In this document: piece by piece, positions 27,001 to 42,000 of the stretch
How positions within the stretch are numbered: the stretch's first letter is position 1
Layout of the letters: every line of letters starts with the position of its first letter
Origin: an uncultured Planctomycetales bacterium
Lineage (GTDB): Bacteria; Omnitrophota; Gorgyraeia; Gygaellales; Profunditerraquicolaceae
NCBI GenBank assembly: GCA_964545575.1
Contig: CAZJFL010000001.1
Location: 221,812 to 285,811, forward strand
DNA: 64,000 nt
Reading direction: 5' to 3'
Position numbers and translations under genes: made by a program
Notes under the pieces: generated by a model
Told to the model about the DNA's origin: nothing
What the model saw: the letters and a program-made list of their open reading frames with translations, nothing else
Database searches by the model: none

Positions 27001-30000
27001 TGACTACTCCTTTTCTGGGTTCTCCCTGCACGCCTCCTTCATAAGCCATAATCATAGTCCTTGCAATGGCTTCTCCCGCTTTTTGATAATAACCCCGTGC
27101 TATATCTCTTGCTTCCAAGTCTTCGCTTTCCGTCAACTCAGATATAAATTCTCCGGTTAACGCCTCAGCGCCAAATTTATGGAATAAATATTCGTTCTTC
27201 TTTGCTTGATATTCAAATCCTTTACCAGTTGCCAAATCTTCCGGTAGTAAGCATCCCGGGATTACCCTACCGCCTTCGCCTTTTTCTAAGATTATATCGA
27301 AGAACTGTTGCGGGCCCGAGATAGGTATTATTTGGCCATTCCTGATAATAAAAGCTCCTGCGCCAAAGCCGCTACCCGGAATAAATCCGGAAATTTTTGC
27401 GCCTTCCTTAACTACTTTTCCTATTTGTGTAAGGCTCTCTTTATAGACTAAAAGGCAATGCGCCATAGCTAAAACATGCGCCACTCCATCATTATTAACT
27501 ACCGCACGCCATTCAGAATTTGTTATCCTAGATAATTTTTTGGATAACTCCTGCGCTAATGTAAAATTCTCCAAGTCCGGCACATTAGGACTCGTTCCAT
27601 GGTAAGGCACGCCTTCTTCCAGCCAAGCCCCGGGGGCAGATACGCCTATTGTTTTTATCAAAGGGTAATTGTATCTCTCTCTAATCTCTGAAAGGCCGGC
27701 CCGTAAAATCGTCACGATTTCTTCTAAGGTAGCTTCTATATCAGGGACTTCTTTTCCCCCTACAGTTTTTGTGGGGCTCTTTATAATTTTCGGGTCAAAA
27801 AGAAGCTCGGGAACGCCGATAATTCTTCCGTTAATTATTGACGCTTTTACAAATGCTACCCTTGCGTGAGTTCCTCCTATATCAATTACAGGGATTATTT
27901 TTGTTGCGATATCCGCCAATGTTGTAAACTCGATATTTAATCTATGTTCAGTATAATCTAAGATGGCCTCGCTTTCCCGGATATCTTCCCACCCCAATTT
28001 AAATATTCTTCTTTCTCCCAATGCCTCAAAAAACTTCTGGCTTACGATAATATATAATTTTGCTGCATCGCCAATGGGGGCGCCGATCCAATACCTAGCA
28101 ACGCGGCTGCCTTTCTTATAAATAAAACCGAGGATGTGCGAGCCAGCTAAAGTCTTACTGTAACATTCTAGGGTATTAAATTCTTCTCCGGCATCATTGC
28201 TATTTCCTGTGGCTTCATATTCGAGCGATGTTTTATCCCCGTCATCCATAAGGGTAAATGTAAAGTGCGCTTCTATAGCTGGACTAAATTTTTTGTTTCT
28301 GAAGTGGCCAACGTATTCAAAAGACACCGCACCCTCACTCTTTATCGCCACATCTTTACCATCTTCAGAATCCCAATTGCTACCCAAAGGAATAAAACGG
28401 TATCCGTCATATCTGCTATGCCTACGCATAATCTCTTCTTGATGATCTTTGTCTATCGGGTTTCTCTTCCCCTCCGCGCCGAAGGCGGTATCGCAGGAAC
28501 CGCCGTTGTCCACCGAGCCGCCGGTATCGCGGGAGGACCCCGTCCTTAAATAGGCCTTATTTACATCCTGCACCCAGATAATATCGGCTTCCTTATTTAT
28601 AAATCCACGGAGATCCTGAAACTGGAATTGCTCCGAGGTAAATTCATTTATGACTTCGTCCACAGTTTTTCCTCTGGCTAATTCTTTGGCTAATTTGCGC
28701 TCAAGCCTGACCTTAGAATCCTCAAAGGTTATGGCTATCTTCAGGTCCAATAATTCTGTGATTCTCCGGTCTTCGGCTAATTTAAAAGTTCCGGAAATAA
28801 TAAATACATCTAGGTCCATAGCTATACTTCTACCTTCCATCTCAAAAGGACTTCTTTGATTAACTTTTATTAAAAGGTCCCTTATAATAGCTAAAAATGT
28901 TCTGTATTGGGGATCCTGAGGACCTATAAAAGCATCGAAGACTTCGGAACCTATATTTACGGATACCGCCTTGATACCGGCGGCATTCAAAGAAGAATCT
29001 AAATGGTCTGTTAATGTCTTTTTGCCGGAACACGGAAGACCGAATATTCCGATGATTAAAGGCCTCTTTGTGAGCTTCGGTATTAAATCCAATAACATCG
29101 CGATGAAATGCTCATCCTGCTGATCTTCGGACCCACCGTTGTCCACGGCGCCGCCGTTGTCCACCGAGCCGGCGTTGCCGCGGGTCATGAATAATTCTAA
29201 TCTCAAATCATATTTCCAAACCGCCTCTTTCATAACCCCGAAGAATTTAAAGGCAGCCTTAAATATGCCTCTTAAGTCAGTAGGATTCTTCAGGAAAACA
29301 GACAGTTGCGGATTAGCAAATAAAAGATACATTGGCTTACCAGTAGCTATCTTTAATTCAGGAATCTCTGTGGCGGGTTCAGCAAATCTTATCACTGCAG
29401 GATTACCATATCTGGGATTAAACTGTATTGTAATCTTGCCTTTCTCATTCCTTATAATATGGTATGCGTAGCCCCTGCGTGACTCTATTTCGCTTGAATC
29501 AGTCAAGACCTCGGGAGATTCAGTAATGCCTTCTTTGCCTCCGACCTCGCGGCAAATCCAGTTAGCTATCACCAAAGGCGCGTTGCCTCTATTGATTACA
29601 CGATGGGAATAATTAGGATTGATCATTACCTTTTCCCCCTGCTTGGCAAAGGTAATGATGGCTTCAAACCGGCAGGTTTCCGGGTTAATTCCCTGCTGAA
29701 TGTAAATAGCCTCACCATACCAGACCTCACATACCTCAGGATAGATATCTCCCTTTACAGAAATTGGATTTTGGTGCCCTCTAGTCATGATAAACTCAGG
29801 ATCCAGCTCCTTATTGATTACCCCGGGCAGCAGGACGATAAGATCAAATCTTATATTATTCTTCTTAATAGCCCCTCTATCGGATTTCAGGCCTACGTCG
29901 CGGTAGCCATAATAAACCACTCTGTCCCGCTCCTGCTTTGCTACTTGGGGCTCAGCGATGCTGTAGGCAATATCTTTAAGCGTCCGGCTCCATTTACCCT

Positions 30001-33000
30001 CAGAGGCAACCTCTTCGCCAAGTGCGATTTCGCCGGTGGCCAAATCAAGGGTTACCGGCAGGCCGGCAAAACCGGAAAGGTCAACCGCCTTGCTGGCCGA
30101 CCCGCCGTTGTCCACCGAGCCGCCTTGACCAGCTTGCAATTGCGCTCTTATTTTATCTGTTTTAAGCCCGCCCTTTAGCGGCCTTCTGGCTTGGTGACCT
30201 AAATCCGCAAAGGCACACGGCACGATCAGGCTCTCGTCTAAATCAAAGATCCTGGCTATACTAAGGCCGATTTGATATCTGCTGAGCTGTTGCGGCCCGC
30301 TGATATGATAAATGCCGGATGCGTTCTGCGCGATCAACCGCTCTATCGCATCGGCTAAACACCCCACCGCTATAGGATTGGTGTACATATCGTCAGCCAG
30401 CCTGATCTGGCGGCCCTGGCGACAAGCGCCGGAGACTTGTGCCGTAAACTTTGAGCCTAAGCCCAAGATCAGGGTCGGCCTGATAATCAAATAATTAGAG
30501 CGCGTATAGCGGATGGATTTTTCCGCATCTAATTTTATTCTACCGTACTCATTCACAGGAATAGTAACATCACTTTCTGAATAAGGCCCGTTTTCTCCGT
30601 CAAAAACATAATCTGAAGAGATGAATACAAGCTTGGCGCCGATAAATTTACTTATTTCAGAGATATTCTCTGTGCCTAATACTTGTATTTGAAATACTTC
30701 TTGGGGGTGTTCCTCGCAATAATCTATATCTACCATGGAAGCTGCGTGAATAACCACCTTAGGCCGTAATTTGGTTAATAAAGCGCGCACTGCCTTTGCA
30801 TCTCTTACGTCCAAGAAATAACCATTGTCAACTTTATTTCGATAGTATGTCCCGCTGGTCTTATAACCGGCTGCGGATAATTTACGCATCAGTTCCTTGC
30901 CAAGAAACCCTGACGCACCGATCACTAATATATCTACAGCTTTAGCCGTCTCTACCTCCTGCTTCAAGACGCCTTGAGATTCCAGGAATTCAGCAAGCAA
31001 CATAGTGCCGATAGCATAATATGCCAAAGAGTGCCTGCCGGTAGGATCCTGGCTGAGGCGGTTTACAGCATCGGCAATAAAATGCGTGGCTTCGGCAAAA
31101 AGCGCTTTGGCTAACCAGTCCGGCTCATCTTTTAAGAGTTTATTCAGCGTAGAATGATGAGCCAACAGCCCGGGCAAAGCAGCTCTGGCTTTCAGGAAAT
31201 TCGCAACTGCAGACTCGCTATCCCAGTATCCAAGCTCCATACGGAAATCCTCGTCTTCCTGCCAAATTCCTAATTCAAAGCGGTTATTGCGCACCAATTC
31301 CAATAAGATTGAATGCAGTATCTTGCCCAGCTCATAAGTAATATCTATCTGCGTAGGTATGCTGCGAGGTAAATCTACTCCGCGGATGTCTATCAGGCGT
31401 AAGGCTCCTCCTTCTGTCCTTAACACATTCCTTAATAATAAATCTCCGTGGGCGTAACGCGGGATAAAGCCCGGTTTTAATTTCTCTAATAACCCCGGCT
31501 GGGATTTCAAAAGAGCAAGCAGACGGGGTAAATTCGGATATTTTCTGCCATTGATATAAATATTTCTTGCCGCGAATAAATCCTCAAATAAATACGAAAT
31601 ATCCCTGTATCGATTGTTTTGTATCGTAATTGCCCTGTCTTTTATCAGGCGGCTGTAGGTAGCGGTTGTCCTATCGGTAAAGAGGCCCAGGCGGTAATCC
31701 ATCCTCTTTAGATGAATCCTATCTACGTAATCTTGGGGAACTTCTAACCTGCCTTGAGAATAAACAAAATCGCAAAGTAAATCTAGAAGACCGGATATCG
31801 TCTCTAAAAACTCTTCTGCCGCGGTAGGCGGATGATTAAGAAAATAGAAAGGTAAAGGTTCTGCATTCTCGATATATTGAGATGTGTAAAATACATAGCC
31901 CTCGCCTTCAACATAATCATAAACTTCAGGAATCAAAACTTCCGCCTCAGTAGGTAAAGTTTCTTTTAATTCCTTCAATCTCTTGTATTGGGCTTTTAGC
32001 CACGCTACACCATTGGCGCCGATGCCTTCCCAGTCAGAATATTTTAATATTACTATTCTACCCTCGCCATCTCTTACCAGGAAGGTCGTGGCTGAACTTC
32101 CGCCGTTTCTGATAACGTCTAAAATTTCGTAATGCTGCGTAACCTCCGGAGGCAGGCGCTCAGATAAAGCGTTTCTATTTCTAAACCCGTGGTAGACGCT
32201 TCCACCGTTATCCACCGAGCCAGTGTTGTCCACTGAGCCGTCTGAAATAACCGGCTTTTCATTTCTCGCAGGCGCAAATATCGCTCTTAATCTCTCGATG
32301 GCCTCCTGAGGGCTTAATCCCTGATTATTATGCAAAACATACGTTCCGGATATAAAGATACCGGCGCCTTTTTTGATCGCCTCAATGATCGTTTCCCCAT
32401 TAATGCCACCCTGAACCATAACCGGCTTAAAGAACTCCCTTGCCCGTAGCTGGTCAATCTTAGCTAAAGCTTCTAACTCAGTAGTACCGCCTATCTTGGC
32501 AGTAGGTATTGCGGAAACTACTATGCGGTCAACTTCGGATAATATTTCTTCCGGAACCGCGCTTATCTGCTCATCCGGCTCAATCACTACGCCTGCTTTT
32601 ATGCCGAGGGATTTCAGGTAGCGAATTCTCCTTAAAAGCCTTGCCTTATCTCTTCCAAAGGCGTCAAACTGCAAGTTGATGCTTCTGACTATACCTGTTA
32701 CCGCAAATGCCCTCAGGTACTTCTTAGATGGCTGCCAAGATAAGAGATGCACATCAAAAGGAAAATCCACACCTGCCAAGCTCATCTTCTCGATTAACTG
32801 CGGATTAAATTGGGCGGTGTTATCGGGATATTCGGTATTAGCATTTTCTCTGCCGGTGCGCTCAAAATAGGCGTTGGAGCGGACATCAAAATGTATCCCA
32901 TCTGCACCTGCCTCCTGGAGTATAAGGGCGGCACCAATTAAAACCTCATCGCTTACTTTACCCAATACTGATAGTGGCACATAAATTTTATAATTTGACT

Positions 33001-36000
33001 GGCCGTAAGCATCGGTGACAACGGTTAAATCCGGCCGCACTGTTATTGTCTGCAGATAATGTATAAAGGAAGGAGTATTTATCCTCCAGAATACCTCCGC
33101 CACCCTATCAATAGGCGAATGCCGGGCATCGCGCGGCAGGCGGCGCAAAATGCCCACCGAGGGCTTAGCCAACATCAGGATCTTTAAATCAAAATACCGG
33201 CTATATTTTCTGGTCAAAAGGTAATTCCCTTCAATGATGACCACAGTGGAGCGGTCAATGGTAATTTTTTCTTTGTGCGTTAATCCACCTCCCTCATATT
33301 TATCATAAAGCTCAGTTAAATCCAGGGTTAGGCTTTCTTCTCTGCCAGCGTTAAATTGCCTTATTTTTCCCAGTGCTTCTTTTTCAAACTTCTCTGCCCT
33401 TAGCGAAATCTCGTTATCATTAAGGCTAAATCCCGTTGCCCCTATCCTGCTTAATTCCGCGTCTTGCCGGGCATATCTATTTTGGCGACTGTCAATAAAC
33501 CAGTCGCGGCTGATCACCACGGCTTTGCCGCCCGCTCTCCTGATTAATTCTGCAGCCTTTTCTGCGGCGGTGGTTTTAAAAGCCCCGGAGTTGCCGTCAA
33601 TGGCAACCACTAAAGCTCTTCCTTCTGGCTTTCTTGATAAAGCCGCGGTTATCGCGTTCACAATTCTGGCGATGTAATCAACCGGGCTGGTGACCACAGC
33701 ACTCAAACTGCTCACGCGCTGCTCATACTCTGCATCAAACCTATCTTGCTGCGCCTGGTAATTCTGCATGCAGTTTTTCTGATAAAAGCCCAGCGTCACC
33801 CACCCAATCGCCTCTTCAAAGAACTGCTGTAGTTGCGGGCCGGAATTCTCGTTGTCCAGCTCGATGTTTACGCCCCATTGCGCCTGTAAGCTTTGCTTCT
33901 TCAGTTTGGCTAAGAATGCACGGCACTTGGGGTCATCGATATTACCCAAAAATTCCTCTACTCCTTTTGCAGCCTTCAGTAGGACCCAGATATTGGCTAA
34001 TCTCTGCATCATCGTCAGTTCCCCAAAAGTATATTCCTCTCCCGGAACCGGAATATCGCGAATATACTTCCTGACAACTACAAAAGTCTCAAAGGCGCTT
34101 AACAGGCCGTCCTGAATCTGCTGGTGCTTCCAGTGCTGGCCATCCGGCTCCAGGACACAGGCGGTATCTAACCTAAGCAGTCTGCGGATCTCTTTTGCCC
34201 AATAGCGGCTGCAACCCAAGAACTGGGTATCTGAACCATAAACTAAAAGGTCAGCGTAAGTCTTATTGTAATCGGCAGCCAGGATTAAAAGACAGGCATA
34301 AACACAAGCAGCATTCTGCCTGACTTCCTCATAGGTAATACCTTTAAGCTCAGCCATTCTTCTAAGGAGCAAGTCAAATTTTCCCTGATTTAAACCGCCG
34401 CTTCTATAGGCATAACCGTAATCTAAGGTACCGCCCTGAAAACCGGCCCTGTATTCTTCGCCGGAAGAAGCAGCAGTTCTTAAGCTGGCTAATATTTCGC
34501 TCACGCCCTTGCCTTGGGAGCGCTTAGCCTTAAAATAAGGCACGAAGCCGCTGAGCACCGTATCTTTACTTACCCAGACGCCCGGCTCATCGGCAAAATT
34601 GACGCCCATGCGGTTTCCGGCAATGGCAATGCCGACATTAAACATAGCTACCAGCTGGCCGATTTCTTCTTTTGCGGGCAAGACTACTTCTATCACCGAG
34701 AAACCGCTCTGACGCAATCTCTCAATTCTGGCCTGATAGCGATTATCTTGGGGCCCTAGTTTAAAATGCACAAAGAAATTCCGCTGGGGCTTATAGTAAG
34801 CCGGCTCTAAATCTTCTTCCTCGCTTAAAATAACTGGGATAACACCTCTCCTGGTTCCCTGGGAATCTTTTTTACCTAAGGACTCGGCAGTAATCTGGCC
34901 AAAGAAAGTAGATAAAGCCTTTAATTCCTCGGGCAACACATAAGTAATATGGGTTTTGCCGTGCGTTTCCATAAAGGCAATGAGCAAGCCAAAGAATAAT
35001 CCGGGGTTAATGACAGTGTTGTCTTCGCCTAATATCTTGGGATTTTGGCAGATAGACATCATCTTTGCTCCGGATTCTGTTACTGCTTCTAACAGCCAAT
35101 CGCCTGCAAAAGCTGCAGGGACCAGGCCTGGCTCGGCAAAGAATGAAGCATAGCGGCCGCCTGTGGCTTGGTCATGGTCAATGACAGTGCGATAACATCT
35201 TTCCGGCTTTTCTGTGGTGCGCAAGACATCTTTGGCATCGCCGTCTTTCTCTTTAGGATCAGCCACAGCCACGAAGTGGCTGCCGGTTTTTGCTTTGTCG
35301 CCGCCGTAGAGATCCAGTAATTTCTGATAAAAATAATCTTTCAGTTTGGTGATCTCTACAGTCGTCCAGGACTTACTGATCACAAAGAAAACCGTATGCT
35401 CAAGGTCAAGCTTCTCTTCTAATTCCCGAATGACCTGCGGCTCAACCGAACCTAAGATATAAATATTTTGCAGGCCAAAGATGCCTTTTAAAGCCACCAT
35501 CCCATTACCGGAACCGCCAATACCTAAAATTACTCCTGTGGTCAGACCGCCTGCTTTTAATTCAGCGGAGAGCTTTGTTAATTCAGGGATCCTTGCTCCC
35601 TGGATACGGCTTAAGATATCCACCCAGCCTAAACGACTCTTATTGTCTATCCAGTCCTTCGTTACTGTATCCCACCAGGTAAGTTTTCCGGAGAATAACT
35701 TGGGAACCAAGCCTTCTCTTTCTGCCTGCGTTACATAATCTCTTAGGTCAACGCTCTCTTTATCGGATAAACGCAGTTTAACCTCTAAAAGCGTAGAGAC
35801 TACTGCGCTTAATCCGCCGTTATCATGGCTACTGGCTAAAGCTGTCCCTTCAGCTAATCTTTGTAATTGAGCGGCACAAGATGAGCAGAAACCTGCTGCA
35901 GTGCGGTCCAATTCATCTGCGCTATGGCTTAAATGCATTACGCAAGAAGGAACATTGCAATGCAGGCGTAATTCGGTAGGAATAATGAATAAGCCACCGA

Positions 36001-39000
36001 TAAGATGCCCTACTTCGTGAATAGCATTTTTGAGGTTACGGCTAATGAAGGTATCTCTATCGGGATGCTGGAACCTGTATGCAGAATTGATAATGATATT
36101 TTTGGAGGGGTTGGTGCGGCCAAAAAGATAATTATATGCCTTACCGTCTTTACACAGGCCGGTAATATCTGCTTCGGTAATAACAAGAGTGGGGATTTTC
36201 TGTCTGGCGCCTTTAAAGAAATAAGGAAGTACAAATTGCTTGCGCTTTGCATCATAATAACCACCGATATTACTGACGATATCTTCAAATTTTACAGGAG
36301 AATCAATTATGACGTTTATATTGAAGGGGAATGCCTCGGTTATTCCTTTGGCAATCAACTGGGCTAATTCTATAACGGTATCGTGCCCTTGTTCTGTCGC
36401 GAAAGCAGGAATAATCTTTAAGAAAGGCGGAGCGCGGGAGGAATAAGGCAACCTCTCTACAGAAGCCATAATACCGCTTTCATCTCTTGGCGCTACGCCG
36501 CTTGGCTCCAGAGGCACATCCGCAAATAAGCCACCGTTGTCGCAAGAGCCGCCGTTATCAAAGGCACCTTCTAAATTAAACCCGCGCGTAAACCTGCGGA
36601 TAGATTCTTTGATCCTATCGATTACGTATTGCTGGGGATCTTTTACTCCGGATTCCCTGGCCTGAGCGTAAAGCTCCTGGCGCGCGGCTCTCACTCTCTC
36701 ATTATTCTGCACATAACGTCCGCAGCCTAAAACAACCTCCCGAAGCTGCGCTTCTCTTAAGCTGGCGATATCCTCAACCCCGGGGAACCATTTCCTCCAT
36801 CTTTCTGTTCCGCATAAAGCCTCTTCTACGATAGCTAAAAATCCACCTTTACCTGTTAGTTGTTCCAACTCCTCTAAGGCCAAGTATTCTTGGCGGGAAA
36901 ACTCCGGCCCTACATTTGCACAGGCTATCCCTGCCCCGGGCACCAGCGCCAGTTGCTCTTCTTGCATATAGTCAGAATTATGCTGTTTAAGATGTAACCC
37001 GTACCTAGCTGCCAAGTTAAAAAGCCTGACTACGCCCTCGGTATGGAATGTACCGAGCTGGTGGGAATCCAACACCTGGGTACCGGTATCAATAACCAGG
37101 TAAACTATGTTCGCCCAAACATAGTCCAACCCTTTCTCATCCAGTTTCTCCCGCAATAACCTTATATACTCTCCTACTGCATCCGGAGAATCCAGGACAC
37201 TGCCGGAGATGTCAGAACCGACCTCGTAAACAACCGGCGGCATATTCTGCTCTAACCGGTAAGCCTCACAGTCAGAGATTAAATCAACGGCCCTTTCCAC
37301 CATCTCGCCGATACTTACCAACGAGCCTTTCTTCTCGTAATCTAAAGTTACGTCTATATGGAGAATATCAAAGCCGGCATCTAAATCAGCGCGGTAGGTG
37401 CGCTTAGCATTTGCCATAGCTTGGCCTAAAGATAATAATTTATCTTGAGGCCTCTGCCAAGGGCCACCGTGGTCTCGCTCAATGAATACGCGCCCGCTAT
37501 AACCTACCTCAGAGGCGATTCTGCGGATTATAGTTACCAACTCTGCCTGGTTCCACCCCGTATATGAGCCTTCCACGTCAACCTGCCTTGGAGTAGCGAT
37601 AAATATAGGAATACAACCGTCTTCTTTTGCGACTTCAAGATAAGCCCTGATAATATCTTCGGACATCGGACAGACAGCAAGCAGCGTCATTTTCTTGCCC
37701 CTCTTGGCTTCCTGGCTTTTTACCTGTGCCCACATCCTAACAGATGCGCTCAACTGCGCATATTTGTCTAAAAATTCATTGACCAATATTACACTACGGA
37801 TATAAAATGCTTTTGCCCTTCTCTGGTCATGAATCCGCGTTAAAACATACCCGGCGAAATTTAAAGCGCAAATCAATTGCATTCTAAGCTGCCAATAGGG
37901 CTCGGTCTGGGAAAGATATGCTTTTACGCCTGACTTTGCTAAAATATCCTGGAACCTCTCCTCTAGCGCCTCGAACGCTTCCCATAGATAGCTCTCCTTG
38001 GCAAAGGAGAAATCAACGACGGTATTATCGCCTTGACGTATAGCTAAAGTATAAAGGCCTTTCTCCAATAGATAAAATTTACCGAATATGCCTTCTGCCA
38101 GCTTGCTTAAGTCATAGACTAAATCTCCCCGCTCATCCCCTCTGGGGTCAACAAATAAGAACTTGCTTCCTTCGGTCAGAATATTATGTAAACCCAGGTC
38201 GCCGTGATTAATACACAATGATAATGGATTAAGCAAAAGGAATAACTCCGGATTATCCTCCCATTCTCTTAATATGCGGGGAAGATTCCTGTACTTAGTG
38301 CCATTTATAATTAAATATTCGGACTGTAATAGAGATTGAAGATACGGCGCCCGCCTTAAGGCTTCTTCCAACCTGCTTCCCACCTTATCTAAGGTTATCC
38401 CCTTGAGATAACCGGCAGGGGCTTTAGCCTTGCTATCCGATACAATATCTCTCATATATGCGCTTAAGACATCCTGGATAATGCCACATGTTTCTTCCAT
38501 TGCCAGAGAGCCTTGCGCTATTCTATCGGCTAAGCTCTTAGCCTGCGAGTAATAAGGCATCTCATAATAAACATTCCCCTGCTCCAAGGAATAACTTAAC
38601 ACCCGCGGGAAATACCCTTGGAGCCTATCAGGTAGGTCCAAAATCCATCTTATCTCTCTTATCAAATCCTCTTCTGCGAATTCATACGCCTCTTTGCGAA
38701 CTATATATTTACCCTCTCTGTTTATAAGTAAAACTCTAGAGCAGGATTTACGCTCTATCACTCTTGCTATCTCTTTACGGGATACCCGGCGGGATGGGCC
38801 TACATAAGCAGAGCCGAATCTTTGAATTTCGGCTACTTTTTGTTTAAGGTCAGGGGCTTTTGAAAATATGCTTCTGGCGTTGAAAGAATCCGCCCCTGCC
38901 TCTACGACTCTTTTATAAGTATCTTCGGTAATGCCTCCGTCTATTTCTATGCTTACCCGGATATTCCTTTGCTGTATTAATCTTTTTAAGCTGCGTATCT

Positions 39001-42000
39001 TCTCTGTCATCCCGGGAATAAATGTGCGCCCTCCGCCTCCGGGCACAACGCACATAATCATTACCGTCATCATTCTGGCATCGAAATACCGCCAGAGGCT
39101 ATCTAAAGCAGAAATCGGGGTTTCCGGATTAAGAGAAACGCCCAGATATAAATCTCTCTGTTTGATATAATCGATCATTGCTTCCGCCTCGCCCAAAGAA
39201 GAAAAAGCCTCATAAGGCAATATAACTTTGTCTCTTCCGGGCTTTAACCCGGCGTTTATTAATCTATCTATCAAAGCTTTATCCGGATTTACTGCCCAAA
39301 GGTGCACATCCAGCGGCAACCCTATGCTGGATATTATCCTGATATCATCTGCGCAGTCCAAGATATCGCCTTGAGTCAACTTCCCGTCAAAATGGTCTAC
39401 GTGCACAGAATCCATGCCACACTCTTTAACCTGCTCAATTTCCTTTCTTAAACCGCTCTTATCCGCGTAGAGTATAGAATATGCCAGTGACAGGGAGCCG
39501 CCCTTACCGAGAAGCTTGACTGAAGCCCGCTTGATCTTATAGGCCTGGTAAGCTTTAGCAAAGTTATGGACCTTGGCCTGCCAGGGGTCTTTGCGGACGA
39601 TATCCGTAGTATCCAAGAAATCACCGGCAATAAGGAGGCTGAGCACTTCGTCTTTATCTAGTAAGGGGTTGATATCTTTGACAAATCTTTCAAAGGCAGC
39701 CTCGTCCGGCTGCAGTTGGGATATAGAATAAAGGGCGCTATGAAGCCTTATTACTTCTATCAAAACATCCCTGCTTGATAAATCTTTAGCTAATTCTGGG
39801 TTTTCTCTGAGCATTGCCGTTGATGCTCCGGCATGGTTTGGATACAGCTCGAGCATTAGTCCCTCTTCGGCAACTATCTGCGGCTTGATTCTGGACTTTC
39901 CGATATCATGCAGCAGGATGAAGAATTCGAAGAATAACCTGTTCCGCGGGTTAAATAATATGCTACGGTATTCCTGAGGTATGGATTGAAGGGCAGTGGC
40001 GGTATTTAGAGTATCGAGCATAACCCGGAGGTGGTCTATAAGTCTGGGCCCTTCGGTGTGTAATGGCAAAGGTAAATTAGGTATATCAAAACAATTATGG
40101 TATTCTTGAGACAAGCGGGTACAAATAAGAGCTCCTATATCGGTAGAACCACTCCTTACCTCTTCGCTGAAAGCAATGTCAAAGGCACCGCCGTTGTCCA
40201 CCGAGCCACCAATGAGTCCATCCAAATATTTATCCCATTTTGAAAAATCTATTCTTTCATACTGCCGCATCTTCCCGAAGAATAAGGTGGCTATCCTCTT
40301 AAGCGCTTCTTCGCTATAGCCCTCTGCGCGGCAGATTATCTTTGGTTCGGTTCCCGAGGCCCGCGCCAATGCCCAGCCATCGCTAAAAACAATCCTTAGG
40401 CCGTCGGTCTCATCGATATTATAATCTAATCTGCGGAAATACTCTTTGACCTCGCTGATAATGCGCTTCTTTTCTTCATTGGCATTATCGCCGGTCACGG
40501 TAAGACGAAACTCTCTGGTAGAAGGATAATGCGGTATTTCGTAAGCCGCAGCCTGGACGGTTGTGCCCTCTTTCCTTACCTTAGCCACAAAGCGCAATAA
40601 CTTAGCTGCGGTATAAATGCCGTCATCAATATTATGATTATCCGCAAAGAAGAAGTGGCCGGACTGCTCTCCGCCCATAATCGCGTTAACCTCTCCCATC
40701 TTCCTCTTAATATGGGAGAACCCTGTTTTCCATCTGATGGGCTTGCCACCGGCGTCTTTTACCACTTTTACTACCGCTTCCGTGCATTTGGCATCAAAAA
40801 CAACCGCCCTGCCGGGATTCTCTGCTAAGATGTCCCGGCTTAACATTGCTAAAATAATATCTCCGGAAACATCCTGCGCCATATTATCCACCACTACCAA
40901 CCTGTCAGCATCCCCGTCAAAAGCTAGGCCGATATCTTCTCCGCCTTCTCTTACCGCGTTAATCAGGCACTGCATATTTTCGGCTAATGTAGGATCGGGA
41001 GAATTATTTACACAATTCGGGAAATTGCCGTCGGCTACCCCGTTTATCAATCGCACTTGAGCGCCCAAAGCGGAAAATATTTTTGCTAAAGGCAGGGTGG
41101 CGGCGACGCCATTTAAAACATCAATCACGATTTTTAACCCGCTTAAATTCCCTGCTGCCTGAGATAATAAATCCGCATAGGCAGAAACCATATCTTTTTC
41201 TTCTATCTGGCCTGTGCCAGAGATAAAGCATCCGCTTTCTGCGATTTCGCGGATTCTCTTTAATTGCTCCCTACTGGTATTGACTATGCCTATGGTCGGT
41301 TTAAATCCGCCGTAATGGGCGGGATTATGACTTGAAGTAACCATAATGCCGGCATCAGCATTGTATAAAGGGACGGAATAAGAGAGCATCCCTGTAGAAA
41401 CAGTACCTAAATCAATGACTTTGACTCCGCTGGCTACTAATGCCTTAACCGTATCCTGATGTATTCTGGGTGAAGTAAGGCGGACATCATGCCCTACTGT
41501 TATCACTAATTTTCTCTTATTTAAAGCAGCAGCAGTAAAAGTAGCGAATGCTCTGGCTATGCGCGCGACCACATCCGTAGTCAATGTCTCCTCGGCATGG
41601 GCAGCGCGGATATCATTTTCCACAAAGATTCCGGCATCGACAGGCGCATATCCTAAATCTACCCATTGGCCGTCCGAACTCTCTATATTAGCCAATACTT
41701 GCTCTACTATACCTAAATACTCCTCTGCTGCCTTAGGCCCCTTATCCTTGGCGTTGATGAATAATCTGGAAGGTTTCTCCTCAGCAATATCCGGTCCGAC
41801 ATTAACCGTTGAATCCACCGCTAAAGCAGCTTCGCGGTCATTGCCTTGCGTATCAAACGAATCTCCGAAGAAGATAAAAGATTCTCTGCTTAGACCCAAA
41901 ATCTCTTCCGCTTTCCTAACCGCAAAGCCCTTATGTATTCCCGCCGGCAATATGTCAATAGCAGTCATCCCGGCAATTCTAATTTCCACCTCTATGCCTT

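Noticed and set aside
26736-40207. 20-bp repeat as a CRISPR array or REP element
   Set aside because: Copies are 0.6-10 kb apart, always in frame within coding sequence, with no regular spacers and no cas genes
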